Shown here in pieces: positions 39,375 to 51,880 of a stretch of 64,000 nucleotides of DNA (the first letter of the stretch is position 1; the number at the start of each line of letters is the position of its first letter). The notes under the pieces are model-generated. The model saw only the letters and a list, made by a program, of their open reading frames with translations, ran no database searches and was not told where the DNA came from. Origin of the DNA: Eledone cirrhosa. Lineage: Eukaryota. The position numbers and the translations under genes are program-made. The stretch is taken from contig OZ024746.1 of NCBI GenBank assembly GCA_964016885.1, positions 3,348,001-3,412,000 of the forward strand, given 5' to 3'.

Positions 39375-41566
39375 TGATGCAGAAATGACAGGAGCATGGA
39401 AGACTTACTATGAGAGACTGCTAAACAAAGATAATAAATGGGACAGCAAGGGCCTACCCCATGTAGATCCAACTGAGGGACAGGTTATAAAAGTTGACAG
39501 CAGTGTGATAGATAAAGCAATTAAGGTGATGAGGTAGGGAAGGCAGCTGGACCATCTGGTATAGTTGCTGAGATGCTAAGAGCATCTAGCTTGATAGGAT
39601 ATGAACTAGTCACACACATAGTTAACCAAGTAGTACAGAAAGGGGTCATACCCAATGGCTGGTACAGCAGTGTCATTGTAAATTACTATAATGGGAAAAG
39701 AGATGTACTAGAGAGAAGTAACTACAGAGGTGTTAAGTTAATAGACCGGGTCATGGAAATTGCTGAAAGGGTTATAGCACAACTAATTAAGAACAGAATC
39801 AAGTTAGATGAGATGCAGTTTGGATTTATGCCAGACAGGAGTAGTACTGATGTCCTCTTTATAGTGAGATAACTGCAGGAGAGTTATTTAGAAACGAGTA
39901 ACCAATGTATCTGGCTTTTGTAGATATGGAGAAGGCCTTTGACAGGGTCCCAAGCTCTGTAATCTGGTGAGCACTTAGGAAGCTAGGTGTAGATGAATGG
40001 CTTGTGAGGGCCATGCAGGCCATATATAAAGTTGTGGGTTGGAAGCAAGTATAGTGATGAATTTGAAGTACAACCAGGACTCAGTCCTCAGTCCACTCCT
40101 GTTTATCATTCTTATTCAGGCCATCATGGAGGAGTTTAAAACTGGCCCTCTATAGGAGCTCTATGTTGAAGAAGAACCTAGAGTTGAAAGGCCTTAAACT
40201 AAACTTAGCAAAGACAAAAGTGCTAATAAGCAGAAAAGAAGACAGGAGAGTGATACCATCAGAAAAGTGGCCTTACTTGATATTTCAGAATGGGGTCGGT
40301 AGAAATTCTATAAGGTGCACATGGTGCAATCTATGGATGTACAAGAGATGTAGTGGGATTGCAAGCAGATTAACGGAAAAGATAGACTTCGTATGAGGCA
40401 GATGTACAGGAGAAGTAAGCACTAAGAACTCACGTGAAGTAGATTCTTTCAGCTGTCAGGAAGGATCCTTAGAAGTTGTCAACAGCTTTTGTTACTTAGG
40501 CGATCAAATTAGCAGTGGGGGAGGATGCACTGAAAGTGTGATAGCCAGGATGAGAACAGGCTGGAAGAAGTTTAGAGAGCTGATACCTCTGCTGACAACA
40601 AAGGGCTTCTCTTTCAGAGTGAAGGGTAGACTGTATGATGCATACATGCGAACTGCAATACTACATGGTAGTGAAACATGGGCCTTAACCACAGAAGACC
40701 TGCGAAGGCTGGAGAGAAATGAAGCGAGTATGCTACGATGGATGTGTCATAATAGTGTGCATGAACGATGTAGCATAAGTGAACTGAGATGAAAAGTTTA
40801 CATAAGAGGAACTGGATGTAATGTAAAAGAGACTGCACTGGTATGGACATGTGATGTGTCACTGGTATGGACATGTGATGTGTATGAAGGATAGTAGCTG
40901 CATCAAGAAATGCAGAGTAATTCCACAGGCTGGAACCCCTCTAAAGACCTTAGATATCCTAACCATTTTACCCTAGTAGCTACACTCTCTCTTATTCACC
41001 CCCACTATCCCCTCACCTATCTCTCCACTATGACCTCCCCCTCTCCCCATACACTAATCAGCTACCCCTACCCATCACTCCATCATGCCCCCCTCCCCAG
41101 AGCTGAGAAGCTCTACAGTTGGGTCTATGACCAACCTCTCTAGTGCTGGTGATCCACCCAATACACGCTGCAAAGTGGTTGGTAATAAGGAGGGCATCCA
41201 GCCATAGAAAGCTTACCAAACAAATGGTTGGGAGGCTCCTTTAGTTGTGTCAAGGACATGACAGCCTCCCTAGTGCTGGTGATCTACACAATAAAAGCAC
41301 ACAATACACACTGTAAAGTGGTTGGTGTTAAGAAGGGCATCTAGCCATAGAAAGCTTGCCAAATAAGGGGTTAGAAGGAACCTTCAGTTTGTGTTAAAAG
41401 ACAACTTCTCCTCTGATATAATTCTTTGTAAGCAGGATACAGTCTGATATGACTATGTAAGCAGGATACAGACCCCTTGACTTGTCAGTGGTCTCATTTC
41501 AGTACTGACTTGGTTTATATAGACCTCTGCAACCCTTGCTAACAGAGAAAGCAAATGTTAAATGAT
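39375..41566 (+). mobile_element. 5'-truncated, dead RTE-clade LINE (RT region plus 3' UTR and tail)
   Basis: ORF pieces SNYRGVKLIDRVMEIAERV...DEMQFGFMPDRSSTD, AFVDMEKAFDRVP and RTAILHGSETWALT...LERNEASMLRWM. It has stops and frameshifts, and the YADD region appears deleted near 40165. Same family as 1-1190, opposite orientation. Confidence 0.92.
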
Positions 41567-41960
41567 ATGTATATATATATATATATATATTATATATACA
41601 CACACTTAGTATTGACAGTCACAAAAATGGGTTCTCCAATACAATAACAGAGATTATTATATTCTTTAAAGTCAAGCTTGAGTCATGTTTTTCCTGTCTT
41701 CTCACAGAGTCATCAAAAGTTACAAGGCTCAAGCTTGGCTTTTATATACATCTACAAATGTGGTGATATATATATATAGGCATGACAACCTCACTTGAGT
41801 ACTTGATGGAACACAGGTCCCTGACTTGCCTGTGAGATCAGAGGCTCCACCTCAATATGCACTTGGTATGTATGGACCCGTCCAACCCTTGCTAGCAGGG
41901 AAAGCAGATGTTAAAACAACAATGATGATGATGATATATAAATATACAGTGTAAACTTAC

Positions 41961-42031
41961 CTGGACTGTAGATACATTCAATGTTTTGACTTAGGGTCCT
42001 GAGAGAAAGGTATCCTTTCTAAACAAGTAAA
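41961..42031 (-). other. Probable non-coding 5'-UTR exon of the KCTD gene (71 nt)
   Basis: Minus-strand acceptor cttcttttcttatttcag and donor cag|gtaagt flank a short unique segment. No transcript data. Confidence 0.6.
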
Positions 42032-42153
42032 CTGAAATAAGAAAAGAAGCATCATATATTAAATATTTCTGAAAAGGATTAAATCTTGAAAAAGGTTTGT
42101 TTTTATCCTCTTTCTCCAAACCCCCAAAATAAAACACACACACACACACATAA

Positions 42154-42361
42154 CCCTTTAGCATTTAAACCGGCCAAATCCAGCCAGAATTCTCTCACCT
42201 CTTTCTGTTCAAACTGGCTGTAACTGGCTGCTCATACTGAAGTTAAGGTATTGTTCTCAAAATAAATAATATAAAAATCTCATAGAGTCAATATTATGTG
42301 AGGTAAAGCCTTTACCACAAAAATATAATAGTATATATAAAATAATGTAAATGCTAAAGGG
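42154..42361. mobile_element. piggyBac-like MITE with 14-bp TIRs
   Basis: ataa|ccctttagcattta ... taaatgctaaaggg|ttaa. Confidence 0.8.
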
Positions 42362-42727
42362 TTAAACCATGACAACCCTATCTTATCCAAAACCTAGGGT
42401 AAACTGACTCATATTGAACAATTCTCATAAATAGGGAAAATATCTAAATAGCTATGGACTAAATGCACCCAGTACATTCTATAAAGTGGTTGGTGATATG
42501 AAGGGCACCCAAAACAAAGGGTTAAGATAATTCTCTAGCTGTCTCAAGGACATGTTAACATCACGATAAAATGCACTTAGTAGGGCTCAGTAATGTCTGT
42601 TAGTGAGATGTAGTCCCCCCCACCCTCCAATATATTTTAAGAATATAGTATACTTATGGTTTCTTGAATGTGGCCTTTCAACATGAAAAGGTTCCCCACA
42701 TCTGAACTATACCATTGTAATGAAACA

Positions 42728-43891
42728 TCTATATATATAAAATAGAGGAGTCTGTCTGTCTGTGTAAATCCTTAAAACTTGAGAAGTACCTGACCAATTT
42801 TTTTCAAACTCTACACATACATTACTTATATTTCTTCAAGTGCAATGGGCTAAGAACATTTTAACTTTTTCTGCCCTAGGGCCCGCATTAGGCGAAAAAC
42901 CGCATTTTTAGGCTTTTTTGAGGCGTAACTTAAAGATAATCCAGCCAATTTCCTCAAAATTTGCAGCACACATTAGTTAGTTCCCTCGCAATCCCGATTC
43001 CATTAATGGTTTCTCATATATATAAAACAGAGGATGTCTGTCTGTGTAAATCCCTAAAACTCGAGACCTACCAGACCGATTTTTTTCAAACTTTACACAT
43101 GAATTACTTATATTTCTTGAAGTGCAAATTTGACTTTTTCTGCCTAGGGCCCGCATTAAGGGCAGAGAAGAAACCCTCCGATGGTTGACAATTGGCGCGA
43201 CAATTTAAGGCGTATGAATAAATCCTGAATGCATACAGAGTCATTCTATAGGCTGCCAGGGAAAGCAACCAAATTCCTTTTAAGGGCTGCCAGTGAACGC
43301 ATACAAAATCCTATTAAGGGCTACATGTGAACGCACACAAGGCCCTTTTTAGGGCCCCCACTTGAAATTGTTGACAGTGACCCCAATAGTAACTCCGAAG
43401 CGTTCAGCATCCGATATAACAGTTCGGTCTATATCAGATTGGGTAGATTTACGAAGAGGCTATGGTCTCCTGTGGGGAAGGCCCAACATGCCGTGCGGTT
43501 GCGTGACATGTCTTACAGCATTGCAGACTTTACTCTGTACAGTATGCATGCAGGTGCAATAGACATAACTGAAGATGTCTGTCGGGATGACTGGGTGCAA
43601 ATCTATAAAACTAGAAAAGTACCTAACCGATATTCTCCAAATGGAAGAAAAATCATACTCTAAGATTTAGTACGCTTAAAGAGTATCCAGCTGATTTTCT
43701 TCAGATTTTGCACATGCATGCAGATGTTTCACGATTCGGGCCTCCTGGTGTTCTACGTTTCCAGTAGATGAACAATCATTCCCTGAGAATAAGGGAATTC
43801 AAAAAGTACACAGCTACATTCCTCAATCTTTGCATATGCATGTTGCTATTTCACGTTTCCTACCCCGTGCAACGCCGGGTCCTGCTGCTAG
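42728..43891 (+). mobile_element. Non-autonomous Helitron (~1.16 kb)
   Basis: 5' end a|TCtatatatataaaa; 3' GC hairpin cccgtgcaacgccggg (43864-43879) followed by CTAG|t. It sits between A and T with no TSD. The 5' module is duplicated internally (~43012-43165). Confidence 0.8.
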
Positions 43892-44124
43892 TATACTATA
43901 TAGAAACAACTGAATATTGTTAATTTATAGATAGTAGAGGCAGGAAGGTGTGTGTGTGTGGTATAGACAATTAAATCAACGGTAGAGCTTCACTGATATG
44001 ATATCTCTTCATATCACTGCTTCACTTTCCACCACTCAAACATTCTTCAATTCACCAAAGGAACGTGTCAGTTATTCACTTGAAACCTGAAATTATCATC
44101 TTAAGTATAACTAACACTCTAATC

Positions 44125-44330
44125 TAAAGTCTCTCTCAAGCCAGGAGTCTCCTTATGCCGGTGCTTATCTTGGTTTTGTGGTGTGAAGCGACTTAGAGTA
44201 CAACATCCCCCATCCTGGACAGGACGCCAGTCCATCGCAAAATTAAAGACCGTCTCAAACCAGGAAGCTTGTCAGGCGAGTGCTTACCCCAGTTTTGTGG
44301 CATGAAGCAACTGAGAGTATAAGACCCCCT
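44125..44330 (-). mobile_element. SINE fragments with a V-domain-like segment, partly duplicated
   Basis: cctggacaggacgccagtccatcgca is the reverse complement of tgcgatggactggcgtcctgtccagg. Confidence 0.55.
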
Positions 44331-44371
44331 CTAAAAGGTGAATAGTTCAATTATATTCATAACAACTCATT

Positions 44372-44550
44372 GCGCTGGATTGGCAGAATCGGTAGAGCGT
44401 CGAACACCATGCTTTGCAGCATAGTGTTACGACCCTTTAAATTCTGAGTTCACATCCAGCTGAGGTTACCTTTTCCTTTCATTCTTACGGGGTCGATAAA
44501 ATAAAGTACCTAAAATTGTTGGCCTTGTACCTTACTCAGAAACCATTATT
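44372..44550 (+). mobile_element. tRNA-derived SINE with a Meta-like domain
   Basis: A-box-like tggcagaatcgg, B-box-like gagttcacatcc, then cctttcattcttacggggtcgataaaataaagtacc. Confidence 0.8.
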
Positions 44551-45205
44551 TCAGATATTGTGTCTATAACAAGTTTATCCCACGCCCTCTCCTTCTCTTA
44601 AGATTGTTAGATGCAATTTGAGAAAGATTTGGCTGCTATTTCTAGCATATCGAACGACTATGTAGAGGCTCCTACTGGAATATGCATCCACAACTATTTT
44701 TTAACCTATGGAAACATTAGAACAGTTTACAATTTGAAGGAGACCTTGTAGCAGAGAATGGTACCTGGATAGGCAATAGGTCGACCTGTAAATTAATCAA
44801 TTATTTACAATAATAATGTTAATTTAGATTTCCCAATACAGTTACATCCATTCTTTATGTAACTGGGGACGAAAGAGTAAAGAGATCCATACAGCTATCA
44901 CTAACTGATGTTAATTAGACGAACTGTAACTGAGCCAATAAAAGAATAAGACAAGTTTGTAAGATGTGTCAAGAGACGACTGAGGCAACGCTAACATTGA
45001 TATGACTAACATATTTCTTCTTACTTTGTTAAGCTTCAACATGAAATTATTAAGTGTTAAATTAAACTATAGTAAGATAACTAAAGAATCAAACCATTTC
45101 GTTAATGATTTTTAATATTATGCGGATGAAATATATAAACGGTTGTGTGTATATATATATATATATACATGTGTATACATATATGTGTGTGTGTGTATAT
45201 ATATA

Positions 45206-45425
45206 CAGAGTGTCCCAAAAATGTATATACACTTCAAATCTTTAAAAAAATGCATTAAAATAAATTGTTTTTTATGCATTATTTAAATTATGTGAACAAT
45301 TTTTTGGGTGTTTACATACAATTGAATTATGTCAGATCATTTTTTTTTGGGGAAAGGCTGCATTCGAATAAATATTGCCTGTACAGGTAATTAAAGTGTG
45401 TATATATTTTTGGGGGGACACCTTG
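45206..45425. mobile_element. Tc1/mariner-type MITE with TA target-site duplication
   Basis: ta|cagagtgtcccaaaaatgtatatacactt ... aagtgtgtatatatttttggggggacaccttg|ta. Confidence 0.8.
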
Positions 45426-45429
45426 TAAA

Positions 45430-45472
<43 letters not shown>

Positions 45473-45878
45473 CATATATATTATACATATATATTATACA
45501 TATATATATATTGTGTCTGTCTGTTCTGGGGATATAATAGCACTGAGGGGAGGGGGGTCATTTGTCATCTCAGTGACCCCTTACACTGAGGTTCGATTAT
45601 ATAAAGATTATAAATAAGATCAATTTTGCAGTTAATGTCTTTGAAGTTAAAACGAGAAAGATCTTAAAGCTATTCGATGTGGTTCTGAAATATAATCTTT
45701 AAATTAATCCATCTTTTCAGTGGTTGTTTCACAATACTTCGATAAACGTAAATGCAGTATATCAAATTAATAGATTACACTGACTCCGTAAATCATTAAA
45801 TAGATCATTAGGAATACATACAATCACTAAATTAATGTACAGTAACGTTGCTTAATTTTTAGTTAATTAACTTAAGGG

Positions 45879-45977
45879 TAAAACCGTGTTTAGGGAGAAT
45901 AAATCGGAAAGGATATATATATATATATCCTAGCCAATTTCATTTGGGTCTATTTATTCTCCTTCAACACGGTTTTA
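45879..45977. repeat. Short inverted repeat (~26-bp arms) around an (AT)n tract
   Basis: taaaaccgtgtttagggagaataaat / atttattctccttcaacacggtttta. Confidence 0.7.
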
Positions 45978-46447
45978 TACACACATATATATATAAATAA
46001 TTATTACTTCATAAAGGAAATCAGGAATAGATAAAATAAGGCTTTAAATTAAGTTGCTGAAGTTGATTTCATTGCAGTTAAATCTGTGAGTTGTAGAGGA
46101 ATATATAAAAACATATCCATTAAGTCTAACGGGCAATGACAATCTTCAAGCTCGTTTACAAAGCATGAAAAGTCAGGTGAAGAGAACAATTGACATGATT
46201 CCGATAACATATTCCATCTTAGAATCTATAAAATAATATATCCTAACATATAAGGAAACGAATCAACCATTTTTAACGATCGCAAATATAGGATTTTTCT
46301 GGAAATCCTGTTAACTTTCTATTTCTCTCTATATATAAATGAATTATCTATCAAGGAGCAAATGCTTGTATAGAATACGTCAAATGAAAGATAACATGAA
46401 AACAATTGTTTGGTAGATGTTACCAGAGATAAGACAAAAAAAAAATA

Positions 46448-46482
<35 letters not shown>

Positions 46483-46489
46483 AACTTAC

Positions 46490-46800
46490 CAGTCATTCCC
46501 GTTTGAAAGAAAATCTAGCAACCGTGGTTTTGAATAAATAAAATGAAAGATGATGTTTTAGTTGGAGCATTGGAAATAAGGGGATAGTCCAGATGATTTA
46601 ATTTTGTTGAGATGAGATTAAAATGGGAGGGGGTTATTGTTAGATGTAGATAAATAGAGGTTAGGGTGAAAATAAAAGACTGCTGGTTGTAAAGAGTGAG
46701 AAAGGTGGAATAGTGAGATAAAGAGAGCTGGGAGAGAGCGAGGACAGAGATGGAGGGGTATAGCAGCCGTGAATGATGTTAAACATTTTACACAATCAAG
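46490..46800 (-). other. Possible first (non-coding) exon of the KCTD gene; 5' boundary unknown
   Basis: Strong minus-strand donor ctg|gtaagt at 46490/46489, next to non-repetitive, pyrimidine-rich sense sequence and a CpG-containing region. Confidence 0.45.
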
Positions 46801-46969
46801 TATCAAACTAGATTGTTTACGTGGAAGGGAAGAGGGGAGAAATAAATGAAAACAACTTTACAAAGCGATTATAGGAGAGTAGTTATGATTCTATTGTGAA
46901 GAGAATGTATATATTAATGCATTTATAAACATATATTTATATTAAATATCCAAATGAGAAATTATAGTT

Positions 46970-47200
46970 AAGGCAGCCGTGCCTTTCTTTAGAGAACTAA
47001 TATCGCACGGCTGCCATGAAGAGATAGGGGTCACGCATGCGCAATACAAGACCGGTGCGACGCCAAATTTGCTCCGTCTTTCTTTTTCTTTTTTACATTT
47101 AATTGCATAAATCCAGATTCTTTTTAAGCTGGCGATCGTTAATAGCATAACATCTGTTGCTTTTTTTTTTAATTGTCACAAAATTAGGCGCCTGGCATTA
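46970..47200. promoter_or_regulatory. CpG-containing putative promoter with an NRF1-like site (47032-47043) and an 11-bp inverted repeat
   Basis: cacgcatgcgca (minus strand TGCGCATGCGTG) and ggcagccgtgc...gcacggctgcc. CpG is locally enriched between the divergent KCTD and MRPL2 genes. Confidence 0.4.
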
Positions 47201-48026
47201 GAAAAATCAATTTTTTAGAGTTGTCAGACATTCAAGCAGTAAAAGAAAAATATAAATACAACATTTAATTCGCTATCAAAGCCACATCACTTTATCTACA
47301 TCTCTAATACGGGAATGAACATCACGCATTCTTATATATTTCCCCCCTAGTTCGAAACTCGATAACATTTTACTTTTATAAAGCATTGGTTTTCGTAAAG
47401 GTTGCATATTAATTGGTCGTGCTGCTGTTGATATTACCATTGTCGTTTTTTTTTGTTTATTTTTTCATTCTCCTTTAGCTACGAAATCTCAATAAAACAC
47501 ACTTGATAAAACGTTTGATGGGAGTCCAAACTAAGACGATATAATCGAAATTTAACTTACTCTAATTTTGTGTTTCAGCAATTGAACTGAAATAAAAATA
47601 AAGCTTTAACAATTCCTGTGGCTAAATCTATGGAAAATAATGATTCTGCCATCGCAAAGATATCTAATAATTTAAATAAACCTTTTGTTGCTGTCGTCGT
47701 CTGCTTCTTCATCTTCCTCCTTTCTGTTTTTTCAGTCGATGTATAATATTTCTTTAGCAGTACCTTGAAACACAGGTACACATTTGTCTAAAGGTATGTG
47801 AAGTTAATTGTATGGGCAGAAAATAAAAATGCACTAAGATGAAAATGTTACACACACATATACATACATGCATTCATACATGCCCGTATGCATACAAGCA
47901 GGCGGACTTACCTGTAATAATATGTGCAAGCAGGTATATATTTAAATAGGTTTAACATTTTTTCCGACTAGCAGAAATGTAGAATTCTGCAGAAATGTAG
48001 AATTCTTCTGGTCTACGTAAATCAAT

Positions 48027-48068
48027 AATTGTCAAATAGATGTTCTTATGAACATCTATTTGACAATT
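48027..48068. repeat. Perfect 19-bp-arm palindrome with a 4-nt loop
   Basis: aattgtcaaatagatgttc-ttat-gaacatctatttgacaatt. Confidence 0.9.
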
Positions 48069-48214
48069 TGGCAGTAATTTATGCACAGAAAGATAACACA
48101 ATTCAGATTACATCATTAATAATAAAAAAAAAAACAAGGCTTACATAAAATGTAGTAGGAAAAGTGTCATACATATATTTGAGTTGGTAAAATAATTAAT
48201 TCATATATTGTAGC

Positions 48215-48697
48215 GTCACTACAGAAGGCACCCAGCCCACACTGTAAAGTGGTTGGGTAGGTGCCACAACAAAAAGTACCCAGCCCACACTGTAAAGTAG
48301 TTGTGTAGGTGCCACAACAAGAAACACCAAGTCCACACTGTAAAGTGGTGGTGTGGGTGTTACAACAAATAGCACCTAACCCACACTGTAAAGTGGTGGT
48401 GTGAGTGTCACAATAAAAAGCACCTAACCCACACTGTAAAGTGGTCATGTAGGTGACACAACAAGAAATGACCAGTCCTCACTGTAAAGTGGTCGTGTAG
48501 GTGATACAACAAAAAGCACCCAGTACACATTGTAAATGTAGTTGGCATCAGGAAGGGGATCCAGTCGTAGAAACCAGGCCAAAATCAGTTCTGTATGAGC
48601 AACACATGGCCATCTGATCTGGCTTGTCTCACAATGGGACAACTGGTCTAACCCATACTAGCATGGAAAATGGACGTTAAATGGTGATGATGATGAT
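48215..48697 (+). mobile_element. RTE-tail SINE carrying ~7 tandem 43-bp subrepeats
   Basis: (ggtgtcacaacaaaaagcacccagtccacactgtaaagtggttgtgta)n, then ggaaggggatccag...ctagcatggaaaatggacgttaaatggtgatgat. Confidence 0.8.
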
Positions 48698-49794
48698 TGT
48701 AGATAATAATTGTTTCTACTTTTGGCACAAGGCCAGCAATTATCCCAGTGTATTGATGAATTAAGTAATGAAAAAAGAGGGAAGGTGTAAAGAAGGGCAG
48801 ATATGGCTGTATAAGAAAGGACTATAAATGAGAGGAAGAGAGCAAGCACTATTAGGCCAAGGAAGAAAGAGAGGCAAAAGGGGAGAGGGTGACAGCATCT
48901 ATGCCTTGGGTGGGGTCAGTGTTTCAGCTGCGCCCCACAGACAAAACTGGTAAGACATTTCTGCAGACAATGGCCAGTGATACCCGTGCCAACAGCGATG
49001 AAGTGTTTATACATTCAGCTGGAGTATGTAAGTGGACAAAATGATCGATTCTGTTCACATATATATGTGGCTCCATTAGGTTGAAGTGAAGGCTTAGAAA
49101 CAAAACTAACAACATACTGCCATTCTTTCAGGGTTGAATGAGAGAGAAAAAATAAGAAAGAGATACAGAGGAAGAATTGATCCCAGTAGTAGACTGGTAC
49201 TTTATTTATCATCCTCAAAAGGATGGAAAGCAAATTTGAACTTAGGGAGCCAGAACAAATACTGTAAACCATTCTATCTGACATTCTAATAGCTCTGCCA
49301 ATTTGCTGCCTTATCATTGGCTAATTAAACTAATTGAAGAAGTGAAATATCAAGATATTAGCTGTTGTGTGATATAAACGTGTACTAAACATGTTCCATG
49401 ACAATAACCAAGCTACAAACATCTGAAATTGCCAAACTATCCAGATATAATAATCAAAGACTTGAAATATATATATCTGACCAATACACTACCCCAAAGG
49501 AAGTGAAAAAACTGTCAAAATACAAGAGTTGCAAAATTGAAATAAACTGTATGTAGAGCAGGAAGATAAAAAGAAAGTCAATAATTAGAACATTAGATAT
49601 AAAAAAAGAATTATAATCAAACACAAACTCACAATGCTACACAAAAATATCACTATTAAGAGCAGCCGACATCCTACACAAAACATTAATTCAACACAAA
49701 CAACAAAGTCACTACATGGAACACACATTCTATACAATAAACACCAAATAAAATGATACAATATAACACAGACCAACACATAAATGCAACACAA

Positions 49795-49910
49795 GGCACA
49801 CACACCTGACAGCTAAACAGATTAATGCTACACAAGACACACACCTGACAGCTAAACACATTAATGCTACACAAGAATGACAGCTAAACACATTAATGCT
49901 ACACAAGACA
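49795..49910. repeat. Short minisatellite (~3 copies)
   Basis: tgacagctaaaca(g/c)attaatgctacacaaga repeated. Confidence 0.75.
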
Positions 49911-50134
49911 GACATAACACTGATTTCACAGCTTATATAAAACATTTATCAGTCAACAAAATAACACAACTGACATTACACATACCATACATAATAGAAC
50001 AATCACTAAAAAAACATCAGAAACAGCCAACTAAACCCCACAAAACAAGACTGTAGTACGTTAACAAGGAGAGTCTATAGCTACCCCAACACCAACACAC
50101 TACCCTCACCTAAAAAAAAGAAATGATAAAATCC

Positions 50135-50510
50135 TTCAATGCTGCACACACTGTGTCGGTTGGTTTTGTTCATAAAATCTGTCCAGAGATTCTTTCTTGA
50201 GATATTCTAACCACATGCCCATAGTATCAGAGCTGTGATCTCTCAATTCAGAGAAGTAGTGGCTCTACCTGGAGTGACTCTCTCATCTCCAAGCTACACA
50301 CTCTATCGAGTAATGTTACTCCAATGACCCTTGGGAGGAACCCCGTTTCAGCCACGTGTATCTGCGATCATATTCTTTCAGTCATTAACCTAAGATTCAT
50401 GACCATAGGTAAGGGTTGGCACAGATACCAAACTGAAGATAGCAAGTTTGGCTTCTTACACCTTCCTTCTTCTGATTACTGAATGTTGAAACTGACACAT
50501 TGCTGCACCA
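50135..50510 (-). mobile_element. Degenerate RTE LINE fragment of a second (Expander/Rex3-like) family
   Basis: Minus-strand translation across frameshifts: AKLAIF..VPTLTYGHES...VTLLDRVCSLEMRESLQVEPLLL*IERSQL*YYGHVVR. Confidence 0.7.
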
Positions 50511-50736
50511 CCAGGTGAAAGGCAAAGCCAACCTCGACGCAATTTGAACTCAGACTGTAAAGGGCTGTAACTCTATGCTGCAAAGCATGAATATCAGACG
50601 CTCTACCGACACGGCATCAACAACAACAACAATAATGGTTTCATTATTTGTTGCAAAGGCAGCAAATGAAAGCAAGGAAAAATGACAGAACAGTGAAAGG
50701 TTTACTTAGAAGTATTAGAAATCAACCAGGAAAACC

Positions 50737-51160
50737 CAGTGTATAATAAATAATTGTTTCTACTTTTGGCACAATGCCAGCAATTACCCAGTGCATTACT
50801 GGTACTTTATTTTATCGACCCCGTAAGGATGAAAGGCAAAGTTAACCTCGGTGGGATTTGAACTCAGACCGTAAAGGGGCGTAACTCTATGCTGCAAAGC
50901 ATATTGTCCAACACTCTACCGATACTGCCAATCCACCAGTGTATAATAAATAATTGTTTCTACTTTTGGCACAAGGCCAGCAAATACTCAGTACATTACT
51001 GGTACTTTATTTTATCGACTCCAGATTTTGGAAGGGGGGCAATAATCGATTAATTCTTGTTCTATCGACTGTGTGAATATGAAAAGTGAGATAAGGTGAA
51101 CCCCGGCGGTATTTGAACTCAAATCGTAAAGGGGAGTAACTCTTTTCTGCATAGCATTAT
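50737..51160 (-). mobile_element. Tandem Meta-like tRNA SINEs
   Basis: Full copy at ~50750-50937 plus an adjacent older copy. ccagtgtataataaataat is duplicated at 50736 and 50936. Confidence 0.8.
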
Positions 51161-51564
51161 AAACTTGAAATTCTATAACAGCGCACTACTCACTATTTAC
51201 ACCGTTCATATTAATGACTTTAATTTGTCTTTGACGACAGATGTAACAGTACAGGTAAACTTTATATTTATTTATTTAATATTTCGAGTGACGGCAGATT
51301 CTGTTTGTTTTTTTAATTCAATAGTATTACAATTTAAACTATTATATATTTTATATTATCTATGTTATATGTAGCAAAACTGATTCTTACGTAAACATTA
51401 TTATAAACTTTCAAGTGGTCAACATACAAATTTATATTGTTTTTATAGACACAACACTTGTTAATGATGGAACTAGGGAACTTCTGTGTGGTTTGATCTG
51501 ATAGAAATAGGAGTCAAATCTCAAGTTACATCTTGCCATCGTAAAAGAAGAAATCACGCTGGGC

Positions 51565-51880
51565 TGGGTTGTGTGTTGTGTTCTTGAGCAAAACACTTCA
51601 TTTCACGTTGCTCCAGTATACTCTTCTAAAAATGAGTGTCAGCAGGGGTTTAACCTTGCGATGGACTGGAGTCCTGTCCAGGGGAGTGTCTTGTACTCTC
51701 AGTCACTTCAAGCCATGGTACTGGGATAAGCAGCAGCCTGATGTGCATTTAGACTTTATGCTTAGATGTCATAGGTTCTGGAGTCCTGTCCAGGGGAGTG
51801 TCTTGTACTCTCAGTGACTGAGAGTACAAGACACTCCCCTGGACAGGACTCCAGTCCATCGTAAGGTTAAACCCCTGACG
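51565..51880 (+). mobile_element. SINE with CORE-like and V-like segments, followed by a duplicated and inverted piece (palindrome 51778-51854)
   Basis: ttgtgttcttgagcaaaacacttcatttcacgttgctccag..., then gcgatggactggagtcctgtccagggg. The palindrome has 38-bp arms around a single base. Confidence 0.75.
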
